Below are positions 54,887 to 64,000 of a stretch of 64,000 nt of DNA, one piece after another. Each line of letters opens with the position of its first letter. The stretch's first letter is position 1. This DNA is from the human T2T-CHM13v2.0 reference genome, Homo sapiens. The stretch lies in assembly GCF_009914755.1 (NCBI RefSeq), contig NC_060928.1; one strand, 5' to 3'. The position numbers and the translations under genes are program-made. The notes below the pieces were generated by a model. It was not told the origin of the DNA. It saw only the letters and a list, made by a program, of their open reading frames with translations, and searched no databases.

Positions 54887-56180
54887 GCATGCAAGCAAGC
54901 AGTATATAAACCAGTGAATTTTACCTGGCGCTTTTAAAAATAATATTTGAGTTCATATGAAATTCAACTAGCATCTTACAAATTTCAATGTATATTTCCT
55001 AGAAGTAATTCAAGGTACCCTCAATATATGCTGTCAGGTAGAGTATAAAGGGGTGTAATGATCAATGCAGCAACTTCATGACAGACATGAGCTGAAATGG
55101 GTTGTAGAATGTTCTTTCTGAAGACCCATAATTAGATTTCTAGCTTGTTGTTCAATAAAATAGTTCAGGTACCCTAAGTGAAGTACATGACCTCTCAAAC
55201 AAGAAAACTGTCTCATTCTGCAAGGCCAGTTGCTTGCTTTTCACAGTGACACCCATCACCTTACTGAATCCTTTAAGAATGAAGTTCTTCTTGTCCAGTA
55301 ACACTGCAGCTGGAAACAAGGCAGACGCTGGAAAGCACTAGAACTGTGCACAATGTTGACAGTGTAATCTGAAACTACTCAGCAGTTCCTAGTATCAGGT
55401 TCACACATAATTTGAACCAGACAGATTTCTTTTGAAACTTTCTCTTAAAAGTTTCATTTAAATTGGAAGACGAAGAGTATGAGTATCAAGAAATTACTCT
55501 TAGTAATCCAAATGAATTAAATGATCCTAAAATGATTTAAGTGATTCATAGCACTTTCCCAAGCAGTCTCTGTCCCCATAGTACCGGTTTCTGTATCAAG
55601 CTGTCAGGAGATCAGAGAAGAAGCTCATTAACCCAGTCAGACATGTATTCAACCAACATTTGAGTTCCTAGTAAGTGCCAGGTACTGTCATAAGCACCAA
55701 ACCTATTAGTTTTGTGGAAGGCAGGTCTAACCCTGTCTTTAGGAAGCTTTAACCCTTATATCCATATTCACAGAAAGCTGACCTACCAGTTGAATGCCCA
55801 CTCTGGATATGGGCAAATATTTTATTCTATTTTTAAAGTGCATACATACACACAAGTACTCTAGCATAACTAAGCTGTTGGTTATGATTTATTTGCTTTG
55901 AAAAGCAGAGTTGCCTGCAATAATAGAGGAAGCACTGTCAGTGGAAAAGTAGGAAAACACATCTGCAGTCAAGAGGGAGGCATTTCAGTGCCTGTTATTA
56001 TGCCCTGGAGCCAAGATGATGACAGTGAGACATGAGCAGCCCTATATCAACCCAGTTCTGTTGGGTTCTGTGCTCTGAGGCCTCCCTGGATGCAGTCAAG
56101 GATAAGTCAGTGAAGCCCAAATCACCACCAAGACCCCTTCCTTTCCCAAAGTTGCTATAGACAGATACACTACCTAATAA

Positions 56181-56525
<345 letters not shown>

Positions 56526-56899
56526 CCAGATGACCAACTTTCAAAAATCCTTTTCAAGTTAGAAAAAATATATTCAAAACATATTCATACGCTTTTTTCT
56601 TAACTTATTTTTCTTAATCTTCATTCATGCATATAACTCACAGATTATTCAAACTTCTCTTATTATTTTTCTAACCCTTTAAAGAGGATTTCCAAAGCTT
56701 AGCTTTACTTGAAGTAGAGTGGTTCCCATCCATTGATATTCAGGGGAAGTAGTTCATCTGAAATGAGGCCAGTATTGAGACTTCAACATATATAAACTTA
56801 ATTATTTCAGGAGGAATGTCCGTGGGAAAAAAAAGAGCTACCGTGACTTTTCCCTCCACTAATCAACAGATATTTCCATATGATAATAATATTTAAATT

Positions 56900-57110
56900 A
56901 CATGTATTTGCTCAGCACTTTACACTTTACAAGGCACTTTTACAGACATTGCCTAAATATTTATTCTCATAACAGCTGGATTATTATCTACAGGTGATGA
57001 ACTTAAAACTCAGAGAAGTGGAAAGATTGGCTCAAAGGTCACAAGGATAAAAAAAAAAAAAGGAATGCAGACACCGTACTTCTAATTCTAAGCCTCTTTT
57101 CACTCTATCA
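56900..57110 (-). mobile_element. MIR
   Basis: aaactcagagaagtggaaagattggctcaaaggtcaca. Confidence 0.7.
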
Positions 57111-57291
57111 AATTACCTTCCAGTATGTGCCATGAGTCATAGGAAGAACATCATTTCTACAGTCACCGAATATCTGTTCTGTGCCTTTTATATTTCTGGC
57201 ACTGTACTAGGTGATTTACATATATTATTTCTAAACCTACCAGTGTTTAAAGTAGCAAACAAAGGCACAGAGGAGGTAAGTACAGCCTGAG

Positions 57292-58260
57292 ATTCATTCA
57301 TTCATCCATCATTAAAGAAGTTCAGGAGTAAGTCTGTGTTCTAAGCACTGGAGATATCGCTATGAACAAGACAGATTAGGTTTCTGCCTTCAAGTTTATG
57401 TGCTGGCAAGAGGAAAAAGATAGCAAATACATAAACAAATAAGTAAGTAATGTAATTTTAAATGGTGTTAAGTTCTTGAAAAAGATAAAGATGCAGGCTG
57501 GAAAGTAACCAGGACTACAGGATTACTTTAGGTGGTGTGGTCAGGGGAGATCTCCCTGAGAAAGAAATAGTTCAGCTGAGAGGAAAGTGTTGCTGGAAAA
57601 GAAAACCAGTAGAGAAAGGCACTGAAATGGGAATGAGACAGGCATGTTTGAAGAGAGGGAAGGAGGCCAGTGTGGCTGAACATGGAGGGTCCAGGAGGTG
57701 ACCCTGAAAAGAATGGAGCCGTGTGGGGACTCTAGGCCGTGGAAAGGAGGTTGGCCCTCATTCTAATTGCAATGGGAAGCCATTAGATGATTCTAAGAGA
57801 GAAGAGTGATCTAAGTTTTGTTTTCAGAAGATGCCTGCAGCTCCATCGTTTGTGTAGAGAATGGACTATATAGAAGGGTATGTGAAAGGCAAGAGATGAG
57901 TGAATCCAAACGGAAAATAGAAGTGGAGATGGTGAAAAGAAGTTGGATTTGCGGTATATTTTTAGAGAGAGAGCTGGAAGAACTTCCTGGAAGATTGTTT
58001 GTGGGGAGTGGCAGACAGAAGAATAAATAATGATTTGGGGCCTGAGCAAGTGAGTGGATAGTGGATCTGTTAGCTGAAATGGGAACAACTGGTGGGTGGG
58101 CAGATTTCACAGGCAGGTGGTTGAGAAGACAGTTGGTGTCAAGCTTCTGTTTTAGACATGTTAAGTTGGAGATACCTATTAGGCATCTGACTAGTGATCT
58201 CAGAGCAGTTGTACGTAAGAATCTGGAGCTCGGGGGAAAGGGATCAGAAGTGGCTTACAT
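57292..58260 (-). mobile_element. L2 3' portion
   Basis: attcattcattcatcc start, tgaacaagacagat, gtggtcagggga, ggaggccagtgtggctg, ttttagacatgttaagttggagatacc. Confidence 0.8.
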
Positions 58261-58807
58261 AAGGCAGTTAAAGGCATGTCTTTTCTGCTAGGAAATGAGA
58301 CTTAGGCAGAGCCTTGAGGTTCTCTATCATTTAAAGACACATAGACCATAACCAGAAACATCATGCTGTCAGTCAGATATCTTTCTATTACATCACTCCA
58401 TCTCCATGATTAAAGTCAAATCTCAGTAAAACTGAGCACATCAAGAAACCCCAAAAATATTACATATAAAACTATTTGCCAATTTTCCTCTTCAGCCTTT
58501 TCTTTTGTTAGTAATTTTAATTTGTCTTTTAAATGAATGTAGATTTTCAAGTGTGACATTTTAGCAAGGTCAAACTGTTCATTATCAGTTAAAGTCATAT
58601 GAAAAAGTGGTAATGTTCCCTATTTATATATATAATGCATTATAAAAAACTTTTGCTTGATGTGATGTGAGTTACAAGCTAAGATTTTCCAAGAACAGGT
58701 AGTTCTCCATTATATAAATCTCTTTCTCAAGGCATTGATTGTCTGTCTGTGTTCTACTAATGACCAAGAATTGTGAAGCAACTCTAGTTCTGTGGAAGAA
58801 AAACATT

Positions 58808-59000
58808 TTTAATAAAAACTTATTCATATGAATTTATGGGGTACAAGTGTAATTTTGTGACATGCATAGATTTTGTAGTGTTTAAGTCAGAGCTTTTAGG
58901 GTATCCATCACTCAGATAATACACCTCGTACCCATTAAGTAGTCTGCCTTCATCACCCTTCTCCCAGCCTTCACCCTTCCCAGTCTCCATTGTCTGTCCA
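58808..59000 (-). mobile_element. L1MA/PB 3' end
   Basis: atttatggggtacaagtgtaattttgtgacatgcatagat...cttttagggtatccatcac. Confidence 0.8.
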
Positions 59001-59861
59001 CATGGAAGAAAATCTCTCTGGGCTTCATTAGGATGAGGAGATGAGAGTTTTATTCTGAGCCTAGCTGTCCTTTACTATGACATTATCATAGTTCATAGTA
59101 TCCAAATGTGACTCACAGGGAATTCACTCAACAGTTACTGAGATACCTGAATTAACATTTCTAGGTCTCTTGTTCAAATGTTAATAAAGCCAGTGCTTCT
59201 TAGAGGCGAGGTGAGGTTAGATAAGGTCACGTAGACTCCAACATAACCAGTGTCTCAAGTGAGGTGACCTATTCTCCTTCAACCTACCATGACGTTAGCA
59301 TTTCATCTCTTCACAATTTTTTCTATAAACATATAACTGCATATTACATTTATTTCTTTGTCTACTTAGCAAGGATCTGTTCAGTGTCTATGACATAACA
59401 CTGTTAGGCACAGATAGAAATACAAATGAAATGCATTGCTCTTCAAGGTCTTACTAGAAAAGATGAAATAATCTAAAATTGTGGATAGACTAAACAAGAT
59501 GTTTTCTATATATGGTCGAGGAGGGATTATATAATGCCTATTAAAATTCTTGACTGAGACTAATGACAGAAATCCATGGAGGATTTAAACATTTGGGGGC
59601 TAAACCTATGGTAATAAAATAACAGCCTATATAAATTACATGTACTATTATATATGCACAAAATGAATTTCTCTGGGATCTCAAGGACATTAATGTAATT
59701 ATTCATTTCAAGTTTATATATTTATGTTTTTAGAGAAAATCACTATAGATTAAGTCATAGGTCTCTACATTGATCAAAAGCAGATCCACCCTCATATTTG
59801 CTCCCATAAGGGGACCACATACTTTCTTAAATTTAACATTATATTACCCTTAAGAAAACTT

Positions 59862-60135
59862 GGCTGGGTGCAGTGGCTCATGCCCGTAATCCCAGCACTT
59901 TGGGAGGCCAAGGCAGGCAGGTTGCTTGAGCCTAGGAGACCAGCCTGAGCAACATGGTGAAACCCCATCTCTACCAAAAAAAAAAAAAAAAAAAATTCGC
60001 TGGGCATGGTGGCACATGCCTGTAGTCCCAGCTACTCAGGAGGCTGAGGCAGCAGATGGATTGAACCCAGGAGGTCAAGGCAGCAGTGATCCTGGGAGGA
60101 AAATGAGACCCTATCTCAAACAATAGAAGGAAAAG
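59862..60135 (+). mobile_element. AluJ-like element with deletions and an expanded middle A tract
   Basis: Both arms recognisable. Confidence 0.88.
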
Positions 60136-60204
60136 AAGCTTTAGTCTTTCACTTTTTTTTTTCTGACCAATGCCACCAACAAAAGCAACTATTCCTGTTC
60201 AAAC

Positions 60205-60640
60205 TTACATTCATTAAACAAATATTCATTGAATGTTTATTATAGGCTAGATGTTTCAGTAGCCTCTGGGGATACAAGGGGATATTTAGAGACCATTCCA
60301 TGCTCTCGGCACAAGTAATTACACATGTGATGAGTGCAGCACAGAGCTGGGGGAGATGCAACACCTCTGCAGGAGGCTTAGAGATAAGTCAGGAAGGAAG
60401 GTGTTCCAGACCAAGAAAACCAAACCTGGAGGTAAGAAAGAACACGGTGCATTCATTCAGCTAAAACCTATCCAGCTTGACTTAAGCCAGAGGAGCTCCA
60501 GAGAGAGGCACATGAGGAGACTGGGGAGGTCAGGTGGCCAGGTCTAATGTCATCTGGAGGTCAAGGGAAAGCCAGGAGGTCCTCCAGCAGGAAAACACAG
60601 GTGCAGATTTACACTCCGAGAAGACCACTCCTAGAAGCTC
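60205..60640 (-). mobile_element. L2 3' portion
   Basis: cattcattaaacaaatattcattgaatgtttattat. Confidence 0.6.
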
Positions 60641-61244
60641 AATTCTGCTTCATGGTATTACTAGTTTATTAGTGAATAATATACTTTACATTGTCACCAT
60701 CACCCCACTTCATGAAAAAGAAGAGCTCATAAAAAAGAATCTGTATTGAATTGAAAGGTAAAGCTGTCATAATTGAAAAGCTGATTCCTTGTCATATTTT
60801 TTTAATGCTCCATGAAATTTTATAGCCTTGAGAAAATTTTGACTTCTAAATCTAGCCAAATAATGCTAGTGGCTGTTGCAGAATTAGTGTGTTTTGTGTT
60901 ATATAATGGTGTGGATTTTTTTTTCTTCCTTAAAATACTCTTAGAACTTTTGACCTGTCCTGTGACTGAATTCTGGATACTATTGGTTATAATAGTGCAA
61001 AACAGGTCAGAGATAACATAGGATAAATAATATAGTCTCTTAGCACTTAGCCAATCTCTTTGGCCATCATCCCACAGAAAATATTCTTCAGGAGTGCTAA
61101 GGTATCAGTTATTAGAAAGTAATCTATTTTTAGAAACACCAAACTCAGCTTACCTTCTTTTCTAGATTTAGACCTTGTTTTAAAGAATACAATTCTTTCA
61201 GTTTTTCACAGGGAGACATTTATCTATACTAATCAATTCCACTA

Positions 61245-61549
61245 ATTTATTTATTTATTTTTAATTTTGAGACAGAGTCTCACAGTATCACCCAGGCTGG
61301 AATGCAATGGTCGATCACAGCTCACTACAACCTTGATCTCCCAGGGTCAATCAATCCTCCTACCTCAGCCTCCTAAGTAGCTGGAGCTACAGGCATGAGC
61401 CACCAAGCCCAGCTAATTTTTTATATTTTTGTCGAGACGGGGTCTCCCTATGCTGCCCAGGCTGGTCTCAAACTCCTAGTCCTATGAGTTCCTCCTACCC
61501 CAGCCTCTGAAAATGCTGGGATTACAGGGATAAGCCACCATGCTCAGCT
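61245..61549 (-). mobile_element. AluJ
   Basis: gatcacagctcactacaacc; (TTTA)n tail. Confidence 0.9.
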
Positions 61550-62136
61550 ATCTCCACATATTTATGTCATGGAAATTGTACTGATTCTTGAGTCCATGAA
61601 GAGTCCATGAAGATACAAACATGTTCTGTTCAATAAACATATTGTTGTTAGCATGCTTCTTTCTACAGTGGCGTGAGGATTACCATCTCATTATTTTCCT
61701 ATACTCTTAGTTTTAACCAGCTATTAAAATAAAGTGCTAAGCAGAAGAAATCTGCATATTAATATAAACATTGGGCTCATTTATTTGTGTGTTTTTCATG
61801 AACACATGATGAGGTGTTTCTGGATAGTGTGGATTGGTCAGGCCCAACAGAGATCAGCAAATGCAGTGAAGCCAGAGATACACCAGATTGTTCTTTCAAA
61901 ACTTCCTCAGGAAACATGTTGTCTTAATTGAGGAGGCAACACAGAAAAACAACTGGAACCACATTCTGCAGCACTTTTTCTAGCTATGAGCATTTATTAC
62001 CTTACTTGAACAGTGAGTTGTCTCTGTAGCTCCATTTTGTAAGTAGCCAAATTTTAGTAGCATCATGTGGTTCTCACATGTTTGAGTTAAAAAATTATTT
62101 TTATAAAAACAAAAATAGACAAATAAGATTTAGTTT

Positions 62137-62493
62137 AACTAAAAAGCTTCTGCACAGCAAAAGAAGCAGTCAACAGAGTAAACAGACAACCTACAGAATG
62201 GGAGAAAATATTAGCAGACTAGGCATCTGACAAACGACTAATAATTGGAATCTACAAGAAACTCAAACAACTCAATAAGAAATAAACAACTCTATGAAGA
62301 AGTAGACAAAGGAATCAACAGACATTTTTCAACAGAAGACACACAAATGGCCAAAAAACATATGAAAAAATGCTCAACATTACTAATCATCAGAGAAATA
62401 TAAATTAAAACCACAAAGCAAATGGAAAGCAAAATTGTGGAATCAACCTAAGTGTCCAATGTCCATCAATGGTTGATTGGATAAAGAAAATGT

Positions 62494-62530
<37 letters not shown>

Positions 62531-62916
62531 AGATATATATATTATACATTATATATAATATATATAATATACACACATGTACACCATGGAATACTACTCA
62601 GCCATAAAAAAGAATGAAACTGGAGGCCATTATCCTAAGTGAAATGACTCAGAAACACAAAGTCAAATGCTACATGTTCTCACTTATAAGTGGGAGCTAA
62701 ACAATCTGTACACATGGACATAGTGAATGGAATAATATACAATGGAGACTCCAAAAGGTGGGAGGATGGGAGGGGGGATGAAAAATTACCTATCGGGTAC
62801 AATGTATGCTATTTGGGTGATGGGTATACTAAAAGCCAAGACTGTACCACTACATAATATGTCCATATAATAAAACTACATTTGTATCCCCTAAATCTAT
62901 AAAGTTTTTTAAAAAA
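62137..62916 (+). mobile_element. L1PB/MA 3' fragment with internal deletion and a (TG)n/(TA)n microsatellite (~62495-62575)
   Basis: aactaaaaagcttctgcacagcaaaagaa, atggaatactactcagccataaaaaagaatgaa, atgttctcacttataagtgggagctaa. Confidence 0.92.
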
Positions 62917-64000
62917 GAAGTGATTTTAAAAAATCAAACTTTTCCATTGGATTATCTATTGAGATTCTTTTCAATTATCTACAAATATTTTTCATTTTAG
63001 TTTTTAAAAATACTCTAAATAAAAGTTGAAATTTCTTACTATTCTAGGCCAGAGTTTAAAGCAACATGGGCCCTTTTGGTTTTATGAATATATTAGTTTA
63101 TTAGTTTTTATTTCTATTAGTAACCAATAAATATATAACAAAAAAATCATTAGGCTTTATCGACCTAGTGATAAAGAGAAAATTAGAGGTACATAGATAA
63201 TTTCCATCATAATTGATCATTTTTAGAAATTCTATAGCAGAACACTGAAAAGCATCCTACTTGTTAAGCAATTTATTCCATTTTTCTCATGGTATTGGGT
63301 ACACTAAAAATTGGTCATTAAAGGCATATTGAATATTCTTGTTTTCATGTACCTCTGTTCATTATATGAAGTTCAATTCAGGATTTGAAGTCTTTCCTTC
63401 ACACAATCCCACAAAAATGCATATGGTGAGTATAAATTGAAAAAAATAGGGTATTTCTCTAAATGCAAAAAGAAAAACATCTGTCTTTAAATTTTTTTAA
63501 ACCCTGCCTAAATTGACATGTGCTTTACATTAGTCCTGTATTATTCAAACTTTCATACTTATGTGTGCATTATGTATGCTCACACACACTTTAGTGATGG
63601 GGTTTGTGTATGTATAAGGTACCTGCAAATCCAAACTACTTCATTTGAAATTTGGGAAATTTTTCCTAAAATAACTTCCACAAATATATGTGTGTATGTA
63701 GGTATATATGTATATTTTATATGTAAATATTTATATATGCATATTATATATAATATATGTATTCTACAAATGTATTATATATCTATAAAATAGTACCATG
63801 GAATGCTTTAAATATATTGTAATTGGTTTTCAGAGTTGGGGTGTGTGAGTTGTTCTATATTTTAAGGATAGTGTCCTTTTTAGGAAAACATTTAAGTGTG
63901 ATCTTTTAGATAGATGTGCCTTCCTGAAGAAGGAAAGACTAATTTAAAAAAAAGAAAGAAAGGAAAGAAATTATCTCCTGGTCTGGTTTACTTTTTGCAA

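Noticed and set aside
63875-63884. CArG box CCTTTTTAGG
   Set aside because: A single motif in AT-rich DNA is expected by chance; I saw no supporting cluster.

Overview
Primate (human or near-human) genomic DNA from the PALLD (palladin) locus on the + strand. The window holds the 3' end of an upstream intron, one 990-nt exon (6417-7406) with the start codon of the long palladin isoform (ATG 6499; N-terminal region plus the start of Ig domain 1), and ~56.6 kb of the next intron, in which I recognise no further exon. The intron is a mosaic of Alu, L1, L2, MIR, L3/CR1, MaLR LTR and DNA-transposon relics. Apart from the palladin exon, the ORF track looks like chance or repeat-derived frames. Two main points stand out. 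(1) The exon is exactly 330 codons and stop-free in the palladin frame, including its 5' UTR part and the back-splice junction, so a single-exon circle would be an endless ORF. (2) Four separate 150-240 bp local paired duplications lie 1.0-1.55 kb apart, one with a conserved E-box/NFI/TEAD motif cluster and one with replication-slippage scars at its junctions. Smaller points are an overlapping uORF, a DSGxxS degron motif and Thr rather than Met at codon 224. Repeat subfamily names and boundaries were judged by eye and need RepeatMasker/Dfam confirmation.
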